From Methanosphaera stadtmanae DSM 3091 (lineage in GTDB: Archaea > Methanobacteriota > Methanobacteria > Methanobacteriales > Methanobacteriaceae): 32,000 nt of DNA. The stretch is taken from assembly GCF_000012545.1 (NCBI RefSeq), contig NC_007681.1, positions 540,001 through 572,000 on the forward strand, given 5' to 3'. Of the stretch, positions 19,301 to 27,250 are shown in pieces (positions within the stretch are counted from its first letter, which is position 1; every line of letters starts with the position of its first letter). The translations under genes were made by a program, and so were the position numbers. Below the pieces are notes generated by a model, which was not told the DNA's origin, searched no databases, and saw only the letters and a list, made by a program, of their open reading frames with translations.

Positions 19301-19328
19301 ATAACATCTATTTTTATAAAATAACGAA

Positions 19329-22037
19329 TTAGTCATATATTTCGAATATTTCTAATAATTCTTCTTTTATTCTGTTTCTTTTTACTCTTCGTTCTTTGAA
19401 TTTAGGTTTATTGATGAAACTTGCTTCTATCATCGTGGTATCCATTATTCCTGAGAATTGGTATTCATCAATTAGTTTACGTGTTGCAGTTTCATCTAGA
19501 TTTTCTTTTTCTATGAGGTTACAGAATGCTTGTCTACGTTCGTTTCTCATAAATTCATAGAATTTTTCCTCTACAGTCATTTCTGTTCTATCAAAAGTTC
19601 CCAGTACTTTTTCAATGAATTTTTCTATCAATGTGTTTTTATTTCTTAATTGTTCTGTTTCTTTGGTGATTTTCTTAATTCTTTCAAGATCTTTTTCATA
19701 ATTTGCATCATCTTTGTTCAAGTATTTTAACAATCCAAGAATATAATCCACATTAATAGTGTCATCACGTATTAATTCAAGTTCGAAGTCAATGTCATGT
19801 AGTGGTGATTCTGGTTCTCCATCATTTTTAATTTCATCGTATATGTCGAGGTATACGCTTTTGTGGTCATTGTATTCTTGTTCATCCATATCCAAGTCAT
19901 CGAAGGTGAATTCTGGGAATGTGTCTAGTTTGCTTTTTATTCTGTTTAATTCACGGAAGTTTTCTACATATTCTTTTATTTCTGTTTCACTTTCTAGGTT
20001 TTGTGCATCTTCAACTGTTTGTGTCAACTCAAGGAACTTTTTGTATGCTTCATTGAATTCATCCACATATGTTTGGTAGTCTTTCATTAATAGATCTTCT
20101 AATGGTTCGTTGTCTGAGAATAAGGTTAATGCTTCATCTGTTTCTGCACTTATATCTCTAAAGCAGATAATGTTTCCATAAGCTTTGCTTTTGTCGAATA
20201 TACGGTTGGTTCTGGAAAATGTTTGTAATAATGTGTGGTACTGTAGGTTTTTATCCACGTATAATGTGTTTAGTCTTGGGCAGTCAAATCCTGTTGTGTA
20301 CATGTCTTTTACTAGTAAGAGGTCGATTTCTCTTTTTTCCATTCTGTTAGATATGTCTATGTTGTATTCTTTAAATGTTTCTGGACTGAAGTTGGTTCCA
20401 AATGTTTGGTTGTAGTCTTCCATATATTCTGAAAGGTATGAGTAATCTGATTTTCCATTGGTATCCTCTGAATTTGGGTTAGCATTGTATATTGCTGCTA
20501 TTTTAAGTTCAGGTGCTTTTTCTTTTAGTATTCTGTAGTATTTGTTTATAAATTTTCCTCGTGATACAGTAAACATGGCATTGAATTTACCGTTATGTGT
20601 TTTACTAGGATATGTTTCAAGCAGTTTTTCCACATTTTTTTCCAGTCGTTTATCTTTCATTAACATTTCTTCATATGCTAATGAGTTTACGTCTACGTCA
20701 TCTTTGCTTATTGGAACTGATTCATAGTATTGTATGGAGAATCCTAGTACGTTGTTGTCTCTTATTGCGTCTTTTATCATGTAGGTGTGTAGTCTTTTTC
20801 CGAATATTGTTTTTGTTGTTTTGTTTCCTCCGGAATTTTCTACAAATATTGGTGTTCCTGTAAATCCGAAGCATAGACTGTTTGTGAAGAAATCTATTAT
20901 GCTTTGATGCATTTTTCCGAATTGTGATCTGTGACATTCATCATATATGAAGATGATTCTTTTGTCTTTCATTTGTGCTACTTTAGTTTGATGTTTAGTT
21001 GCAACATTGCTTAATTTCTGTATCGTTGTGATGATAAGTTTAGTTTTTGATGAATTAAGTTTTTTAATTAATGAATAGGTATTGTATACTTTTGCTACAC
21101 TGTCTTTTTCGTACTGGTTGAACCGTTTCATTGTTTGTGTATCCAGGTCTTTTCTGTCTACAACAAATACTACCTTGTCAATATTTGGGTCTTCTGATAG
21201 TATTTGGCTGGTTTTGAATGAGGTTAGTGTTTTTCCACTTCCTGTGGTGTGCCATACGTAACCGTTTTGTTTGATTTTGGTTGCTTGTCTTATTATTTCT
21301 TCTACGGCATATTTTTGGTATGCTCTTAGTATCATGATGTTTTTGTCTATTTGGTTTAGTACCATGAATTGTGTTATCATTTTGGCGAGGTTGCATTTTT
21401 CTAGGAATGTTTGTGAGAATTCTGCTAATTGTTTGATGTTGCGGTTTTCTTTGTTTTTCCAGAAATATGTGTATTCAAATTTCATGGAGCTTGGTATTCC
21501 TGTTGCAAAGTATTTGGTGTCTACACCATTGCTTATTACGAATATTTGTATGTATTGGAATAGTCCTTTGAATGTTGGCAGGTATCGTTCTTTGATTTGG
21601 TTGAATGCCTGTTTGATTTCCACGCCACGTTTTTTAAGTTCTATTTGCACTAGTGGTAGTCCGTTTATGAGTAATGTTACATCATATCTGAAGTTGTGTT
21701 TGTTCTTTGATTTTATTTGGTGTGCTACTTGGAAGTAGTTTTTGCACCATTCGTCTTTATTGATAAATCTTATCCATTTGTCTGCCTGTCCTTCTCTTTG
21801 GAGTGTGTAACTGTCTCTTAGTTTTTGTGCTTTATCGAATATGGTTCCCTGTTTTAGAAAGAGCAATATTTTTTCAAATTCATCATCTGTGAATGTTATG
21901 TTGTTGAATTTTTCTAGTTGTCTTCTAAAGTTTTGTTCTAATTCTTCATCATTTCTTATAGTGATTTTTTCATAACCATTGTTTGCTAGATCATCTACTA
22001 GTATATCTTCTAATGCTGATTCAGATTGTGTTGACAT
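19329..22037 (-). CDS. hsdR: Type I restriction enzyme R subunit HsdR
   Basis: 902-aa ORF. The N-terminus 'SESALEDILVDDLANNGYEKI' looks like HSDR_N. Helicase motifs: 'HTTGSGKTLTSF', 'FIYDECHRSQFG', 'FGFTGTPIF', 'TGFDCPRLNTLYVDK', 'QTFSRTNR'. Confidence 0.9.
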   Translation of the reverse strand: MSTQSESALEDILVDDLANNGYEKITIRNDEELEQNFRRQLEKFNNITFTDDEFEKILLFLKQGTIFDKAQKLRDSYTLQREGQADKWIRFINKDEWCKNYFQVAHQIKSKNKHNFRYDVTLLINGLPLVQIELKKRGVEIKQAFNQIKERYLPTFKGLFQYIQIFVISNGVDTKYFATGIPSSMKFEYTYFWKNKENRNIKQLAEFSQTFLEKCNLAKMITQFMVLNQIDKNIMILRAYQKYAVEEIIRQATKIKQNGYVWHTTGSGKTLTSFKTSQILSEDPNIDKVVFVVDRKDLDTQTMKRFNQYEKDSVAKVYNTYSLIKKLNSSKTKLIITTIQKLSNVATKHQTKVAQMKDKRIIFIYDECHRSQFGKMHQSIIDFFTNSLCFGFTGTPIFVENSGGNKTTKTIFGKRLHTYMIKDAIRDNNVLGFSIQYYESVPISKDDVDVNSLAYEEMLMKDKRLEKNVEKLLETYPSKTHNGKFNAMFTVSRGKFINKYYRILKEKAPELKIAAIYNANPNSEDTNGKSDYSYLSEYMEDYNQTFGTNFSPETFKEYNIDISNRMEKREIDLLLVKDMYTTGFDCPRLNTLYVDKNLQYHTLLQTFSRTNRIFDKSKAYGNIICFRDISAETDEALTLFSDNEPLEDLLMKDYQTYVDEFNEAYKKFLELTQTVEDAQNLESETEIKEYVENFRELNRIKSKLDTFPEFTFDDLDMDEQEYNDHKSVYLDIYDEIKNDGEPESPLHDIDFELELIRDDTINVDYILGLLKYLNKDDANYEKDLERIKKITKETEQLRNKNTLIEKFIEKVLGTFDRTEMTVEEKFYEFMRNERRQAFCNLIEKENLDETATRKLIDEYQFSGIMDTTMIEASFINKPKFKERRVKRNRIKEELLEIFEIYD

Positions 22038-22150
22038 ATATACCCAATACCTCTCTCAATTTTAATCTTAACACTTATTTAAACTATTTGTCTTTATTAT
22101 ATTATAATTCTGTTATATATTCCATTATGGTGTTACGTGAAAAAATATTG

Positions 22151-22228
22151 TGTCCTACATTCTTGTGACACATACCTTTATATAGTAAGTATATAAAAAT
22201 ATATTATTAGTCCTATAAATGTATGACA
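22151..22228. promoter_or_regulatory. two-box module B: TGTCCTACATTCTTGTGACA (22151-22170) and aGTCCTATAAATGTATGACA (22209-22228) flanking TATA boxes in the hsdR / hsdS-M divergent promoter region
   Basis: TATA-like 'tttatata' and 'gtatataaaaatat' lie between the boxes. Each box sits where a TSS would be expected, about 25 bp from a TATA, for one of the two divergent transcripts. Confidence 0.5.
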
Positions 22229-22268
22229 ACATTTTTGATATTAACAAATAACAGGGGAGGTAAATGAT

Positions 22269-22832
22269 ATGACCTACAAAAAACTATCAGAAATAGCAGA
22301 AATATTCACAGGAATACGAATATCAAGATACAAAAACATAGTAGAAGGAACCAAAACCAAAATACTACTAAACAAACTACAAAACAACCAAATAGAATAC
22401 GAAGAAATACAAATAAACAAACCACACCAAAAATACTACTCACAAAAAGACGACATCATAATACACCTATCAGACACAACCAGCATCACACTACTAAAAG
22501 AAGAAAACATACTCATACCACTAAACTACGCAATACTAAGACTCAAACCAGGATACCATGCAGAATACGTATACCAAATACTAAAAAGCACACACTTCCA
22601 AAACGCTATTAAACGGATAAGTGAAGGTAGTAGTATAAAATTCGTTAAAATAAACGACTTAAAAGATATAAAAATACAAATCCTAGAACAGGACAAACAA
22701 GAAAAATACGCAAAAATTATGGAATTATTAAATAAAAGAACCTTATTAAATAGGAGAAAAATAGAAATAGAAGAAGAATATCTTCATGGAATAATACAAA
22801 AAGAATTAGGTGGTCAATATGTCAAATTATGA
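22269..22832 (+). CDS. half-size HsdS-like specificity protein (single TRD plus one helical conserved region)
   Basis: 187-aa ORF with a GGGGAGG RBS. It has the TRD-style opening 'KLSEIAEIFTGIRISRY' and a C-terminal helix 'EQDKQEKYAKIMELLNKRTLLNRRKIEIEEEYL'. Its stop overlaps the hsdM start. Confidence 0.65.
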   Translation: MTYKKLSEIAEIFTGIRISRYKNIVEGTKTKILLNKLQNNQIEYEEIQINKPHQKYYSQKDDIIIHLSDTTSITLLKEENILIPLNYAILRLKPGYHAEYVYQILKSTHFQNAIKRISEGSSIKFVKINDLKDIKIQILEQDKQEKYAKIMELLNKRTLLNRRKIEIEEEYLHGIIQKELGGQYVKL

Positions 22833-24345
22833 AACAAAATTATGGGCAATAGCAGATAAACTAAGAGGAAATATGGATGCAAACGAATTCAAAAACTACA
22901 TGTTAGGGTTCATATTTTACCGATACCTCTCAGAAAAACTGGAAATGACACTCAACGAATTACTTGAAGAAGATGGAATAAACTTCCAAGAAGCATACCA
23001 GGATGAAGAACTCATAGAAGACCTAAAAGAAGAAGGAATCGAAAAACTAGGATACTTTATACAACCAAAATACCTCTTCAGCAGTGTCATCAATGAAATT
23101 GATAAAGGAAGAGAAATACTTGAATGTTTAAGCAATGCATTCATAGAAATCAACGATTCATCGTTCAACACAGAAAGTCAGGACGACTTCCAAAACCTAT
23201 TTGAAGATGTAGATTTAAATTCATCCAAATTGGGAAATACCAATGCAGAAAAAAACAAATTAATCTCAGGTATACTACAAGACATTAGTGATATAGACTT
23301 TGAGTTAGAAAAAGATAATTCTGATATACTTGGTGATGCATATGAATATCTTATCAGTCAATTTGCATCAAGTGCAGGTAAAAAAGCAGGAGAATTCTAC
23401 ACACCACAAGAAGTATCAACCATACTTGCAAGAATAGTAACACTAAACAAAACCAGACTCAAAAGTGTCTATGACCCAACATGTGGAAGTGGATCATTAC
23501 TTCTAAGAGTAAGTAAAGAAGCAGATGTATCAGAATTCTATGGACAAGAACTAAACCAGACAACATACAACCTAGCAAGAATGAACATGATACTACACGG
23601 AGTCAAATACAACCACTTCAACATAAAACAGGGAGATTCACTTGAAAATGACAGACACGAAGAGCTTAAATTTGATGCTGTAGTAGCAAATCCACCATTT
23701 AGTGCAAAATGGAGCAGTGACAAATCATTCATAAATGATGAAAGATTCTCCGGATACGGAAAACTAGCACCAAAAAGTAAAGCAGACTATGCATTTGTAC
23801 AGCACATGATATACCACCTCAACGAACAGGGAACACTAGCAGTAGTACTGCCACACGGAGTATTATTTAGAGGAGCAGCAGAAGGCACCATAAGAAAATA
23901 CCTAATCAAAGAACTAAACTACCTAGATGCTGTAATAGGATTACCAAAAAATATCTTCTATGGAACTAGCATACCAACATGCATACTCGTATTCAAAAAA
24001 TGTCGTGAAGAAGATGACAATATACTCTTCATAGATGCATCAGAATACTATGAAAAAGCTAAAAATCAAAATAAACTACGACCAGAAGACATAGAAAAAA
24101 TAGTTACAACATACAAAAATAGGGAAGAAATAGAAAAATACTCACATAAAGCAACAATTGAAGAAATTGAAGAAAATGATTACAACCTAAACATACCAAG
24201 ATACGTTGACACGTTCGAGGAAGAAGAACCAATAGATTTAGATGAAGTAGTACGTGAAATACGTAAAATAGATGAAGAAATGAAAGAAGTAGATGCAAAA
24301 ATCATAAAATATTGCAAAGAATTAGGAATAGAACCACCAATATAA
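22819..24345 (+). CDS. hsdM: Type I N6-adenine DNA methyltransferase HsdM
   Basis: RBS 'taggtgg' before ATG 22819. HsdM_N-like 'KLWAIADKLRGNMDANEFKNYMLGFIFYRYLSE'. Motif I is 'YDPTCGSGSLLL' and motif IV is 'VVANPPFSAKW'. Confidence 0.92.
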   Translation: MSNYETKLWAIADKLRGNMDANEFKNYMLGFIFYRYLSEKLEMTLNELLEEDGINFQEAYQDEELIEDLKEEGIEKLGYFIQPKYLFSSVINEIDKGREILECLSNAFIEINDSSFNTESQDDFQNLFEDVDLNSSKLGNTNAEKNKLISGILQDISDIDFELEKDNSDILGDAYEYLISQFASSAGKKAGEFYTPQEVSTILARIVTLNKTRLKSVYDPTCGSGSLLLRVSKEADVSEFYGQELNQTTYNLARMNMILHGVKYNHFNIKQGDSLENDRHEELKFDAVVANPPFSAKWSSDKSFINDERFSGYGKLAPKSKADYAFVQHMIYHLNEQGTLAVVLPHGVLFRGAAEGTIRKYLIKELNYLDAVIGLPKNIFYGTSIPTCILVFKKCREEDDNILFIDASEYYEKAKNQNKLRPEDIEKIVTTYKNREEIEKYSHKATIEEIEENDYNLNIPRYVDTFEEEEPIDLDEVVREIRKIDEEMKEVDAKIIKYCKELGIEPPI

Positions 24346-24355
24346 AGGGGATTAT

Positions 24356-25573
24356 ATGTGTAAAATTACAAAAGAAAATGACTCTTTGCAAAGACAAACA
24401 GAAAATAAAGATGAAGATAGTCAGGAATTGCAATGTAATAAAAACATACCAGAACTACGATTTCCAGAGTTTGAAGGGGAATGGATTACTTATAAATTAT
24501 GTGATGTAGTAACAAGAATCATTAGAAAAAATAAAAATTTAGAAACGAAAAGACCTTTGACTATTTCTGCTAAATACGGATTAATAGATCAAATAGAATT
24601 TTTTGATAAATATGTGGCCAGTAAAAATTTAAAAGGATATTACTTATTAAAAAAAGGTGAATTTGCATATAATAAAAGTTATTCTAATGGATTTCCTTAT
24701 GGTGCTGTGAAAAGATTAGATTTATATAATCAAGGAGCTATATCTACATTATACATTTGTTTTGAAATTACAAATAAGATCAATAGTAATTTTTTAAAAA
24801 TATATTTTGATTCGAATAAATGGAATAAAGAAATGTATAAGATAGCTGTAGAAGGTGCTAGAAATCATGGATTATTAAATATACCCATTAATGATTTTTT
24901 TAATACGAAACATCTTTTTCCTTCAATTTCTGAACAAGAAAAAATAGCTGATTTCTTATCAGCTATTGATAAAAAGATTGGGTTCATGGAAAAGGAAATC
25001 AATAAACAATCAAAATATATGAAAAAAATAAGAGAAAATATTCTTAATGATAATTCTGATAACTCAAATAAAGTTCAATTAAAAGAAATATGTATAATAA
25101 ACAAAGGAAAACAATTAAATAAAACAAATATGATTAATGATGGAAAATATTATGTGCTAAATGGTGGTAAAACACCGTCAGGTTTTACAAATTCATGGAA
25201 CGTCCCAGAAAATACTATTAGTATTAGTGAAGGTGGAAATTCTTGCGGATTTGTCAATTATAATGTTCAAAAATTCTATTGTGGAGGACATTGTTATTAT
25301 TTAACAAATATTTCTGATGAAATAGATCCCTTGTTATTATATCATTGTCTTAAAATGAATGAAAATAAAATTATGAATTTAAGAGTAGGTTCTGGACTTC
25401 CAAACATACAAAAAAAAGATTTAGAAAAGTATAAACTGTATATTCCTACAAAAAACCATGAAAAAATTACATATCTATTAAATAATATAAATTTAAAAAT
25501 AGATTTAAATAAAGAGAAATTAAATCATTTAAAACAATTTAAAAAAGGACTACTCCAGAAAATGTTTTGTTAA
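24356..25573 (+). CDS. hsdS: Type I specificity subunit HsdS, expression-site allele (TRD1-alpha / TRD2-beta)
   Basis: RBS 'aagggga' before the ATG, 10 nt after the hsdM stop. It has two TRDs separated by 'SEQEKIADFLSAIDKKIGFMEK...' and ends with 'FKKGLLQKMFC'. Confidence 0.9.
   Translation: MCKITKENDSLQRQTENKDEDSQELQCNKNIPELRFPEFEGEWITYKLCDVVTRIIRKNKNLETKRPLTISAKYGLIDQIEFFDKYVASKNLKGYYLLKKGEFAYNKSYSNGFPYGAVKRLDLYNQGAISTLYICFEITNKINSNFLKIYFDSNKWNKEMYKIAVEGARNHGLLNIPINDFFNTKHLFPSISEQEKIADFLSAIDKKIGFMEKEINKQSKYMKKIRENILNDNSDNSNKVQLKEICIINKGKQLNKTNMINDGKYYVLNGGKTPSGFTNSWNVPENTISISEGGNSCGFVNYNVQKFYCGGHCYYLTNISDEIDPLLLYHCLKMNENKIMNLRVGSGLPNIQKKDLEKYKLYIPTKNHEKITYLLNNINLKIDLNKEKLNHLKQFKKGLLQKMFC
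24417..24994 (+). repeat. IR1 left copy: 578-bp perfect inverted repeat (hsdS 5' conserved region plus TRD1)
   Basis: I compared it block by block with the reverse complement of 27862-28439 and found no mismatch. Identity breaks at 24416/28440 and at 24995/27861. Confidence 0.95.
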
Positions 25574-25600
25574 TTTATATGAAATTACACATAATACTTT

Positions 25601-25978
25601 ATGAAAGACAACAAACATTTACTTAAATTTTCTAAGGATCGAAATATAAAAAATAGTACAATGAAAGGTTATATCTCTACTTTAAAGAGGTATACTTCTT
25701 TTCATAACATGACAATAGATGAATTATTAAATGAAGCATATGCTGATGAAGAAAAAAGAATTCTTCTTAAAAATAGACGAATTAAGAATCGTTTATTGGA
25801 TTATAGAACACATCTTATTTCTCTTGACATGTCACATAATACTGTTAAAACCTATTTTTCTAAACTTATCACCTTTTATTTACATTTTGAAATTGAAATA
25901 CCAAAACTTCCTGATCTTAAATATAATAAAAACTATGAAACAAATTACTTTGATCTTCCAACAAAAAAAAACATATAA
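25601..25978 (+). CDS. tyrosine recombinase, N-terminal core-binding (SAM-like) domain ORF
   Basis: 125-aa ORF. 'TMKGYISTLKRYTSFH...HNTVKTYFSKLITFYLHFEI' is typical of phage-integrase N-terminal domains. It ends just after an A9 run, and its TAA overlaps the next ATG (TAATG). Confidence 0.7.
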   Translation: MKDNKHLLKFSKDRNIKNSTMKGYISTLKRYTSFHNMTIDELLNEAYADEEKRILLKNRRIKNRLLDYRTHLISLDMSHNTVKTYFSKLITFYLHFEIEIPKLPDLKYNKNYETNYFDLPTKKNI

Positions 25979-26643
25979 TGGAAGCTCTTAATTATGTTTC
26001 ACTTGGTTTTCAAGCATTAATTCTTTTCATGTCATCATCAGGTACAGCAAAAGCTGAAACATTATCATTAACAGTGAATGATTTTATAATAGGTGCAAGT
26101 GAATACTATAAAAGTACTGATTTAATGGATATTCTAGAAGAACTTGATTTACGTGATGATATTGTTCCTACATTATATTTAAGAAGAATAAAAACTGATA
26201 AATATTATTATACATTCTGTTCTACAGAAGCAAGCAAATACATAATACGCTATTTGAAAACAAGACAAAATCTTTCATTAAATGATAAACTTTTTCCATA
26301 TAGTAGTTCTCTTGTTATAACAAAATTTCAATATATTAATGATAAAATGAATTGGGGATTTAAAGGAAAATATAGATTTTTTAGAACACATACACTAAGA
26401 AAATTTCATGCATCTAATATAAAACTAAGTGCTGAATACATAGATGCTCTTCAAGGTCGAAGTAAAAATACAGTACATGAAACATACATTAAAACAAATC
26501 CTAAAGAACTAAAAGAAATATATGTTAAATCAATGAAGAATATATTAATTCTGGAAGAAGAAACAAAGACTAGAGAAATTAAGGAAGATATACACATAAC
26601 AATAAATATTTTCCTATCAGATACATCATATAATATTTATTAG
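25978..26643 (+). CDS. tyrosine recombinase, C-terminal catalytic domain ORF
   Basis: 221-aa ORF with 'FRTHTLRKFHAS' (HxxR box II) and 'VHETYIK' (candidate Tyr nucleophile). The box I region 'SSSGTAKAETLSL' has Lys where Arg is expected. One extra A in the A9 run at 25963-25971 would fuse it to the upstream ORF. Confidence 0.75.
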   Translation: MEALNYVSLGFQALILFMSSSGTAKAETLSLTVNDFIIGASEYYKSTDLMDILEELDLRDDIVPTLYLRRIKTDKYYYTFCSTEASKYIIRYLKTRQNLSLNDKLFPYSSSLVITKFQYINDKMNWGFKGKYRFFRTHTLRKFHASNIKLSAEYIDALQGRSKNTVHETYIKTNPKELKEIYVKSMKNILILEEETKTREIKEDIHITINIFLSDTSYNIY

Positions 26644-26647
26644 AAGT

Positions 26648-27250
26648 ACGTTATACCAAAATATAAAGAAATATTATTTAGAAAATCTATTTCCAAAAGA
26701 AAATGAAACTATACCTAATCTACGGTTTTTAGAATTTAACAATGATTGGATAAAAACTACATTGGGTAATTGTGTAATTTTCTTAGATGAAAAAAGAATT
26801 CCTTTGAATCAACAAATACGAAGTCAAATGTTATCTAAATACCCATATTATGGTGCTGCAGGAATCATTGATTATGTGAATAATTATATTTTTGATGATG
26901 AATTAATATTATTAGGTGAAGATGGTTCTATTATTCCCACATTAGCTTCAGGAAAATGTTGGGTTAGTAATCATGCACATGTACTTAAAAATAAAAAAAA
27001 TATCAATTTATATTTCTTATATAATATTTTATCTAAAATTCATTTTGAAAAATACAATACTGGTACTATCCAACCAAAATTAAACAAAAAAACGGCAAAA
27101 AACATCAAAATTAAAATAACTTCCAAAAAAGAACAAGAAAAAATTGTTGATTTTATGTTATCAATAGGAACAAAAATAAAAAAAATTCAAAAACAGATAA
27201 AATTTCTAAAAACGTTCAAAAAAGGATTATTACAGAAAATGTTTTGTTAA
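26648..27250 (+). pseudogene. hsdS: silent hsdS half-cassette (central conserved region plus TRD2-gamma plus C-terminal conserved region), start-less
   Basis: The in-frame translation begins ...TLYQNIKKYYLENLF...NLRFLEFNNDWIKTTLGNCV... and continues into the track ORF 26762-27250, whose listed M is a TTG. TRD hallmarks are 'YPYYGAAGIIDYV' and 'WVSNHAHVL'. It ends with 'FKKGLLQKMFC'. There is no ATG or RBS at the head. Confidence 0.8.
26651..26678 (+). repeat. IR2 left copy: 28-bp perfect inverted repeat TTATACCAAAATATAAAGAAATATTATT
   Basis: Identical to the reverse complement of 27825-27852. It encodes the LYQNIKKYY conserved-region segment at the head of both alternative TRD2 cassettes. Confidence 0.9.

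Noticed and set aside
18840-19328. tRNA gene or att site marking an integration junction
   Set aside because: There is no GC-rich, cloverleaf-capable segment in this AT-rich stretch. It holds only short broken ORF fragments (for example a 24-codon ORF from 19104 on the minus strand), so I make no RNA gene call.
25731-25991. 86-aa alternative-frame ORF overlapping the recombinase N-terminal ORF
   Set aside because: It is in the third frame and does not connect the two recombinase domains. Its translation has no integrase-like sequence. The A9 tract connects frames 2 and 1 instead.
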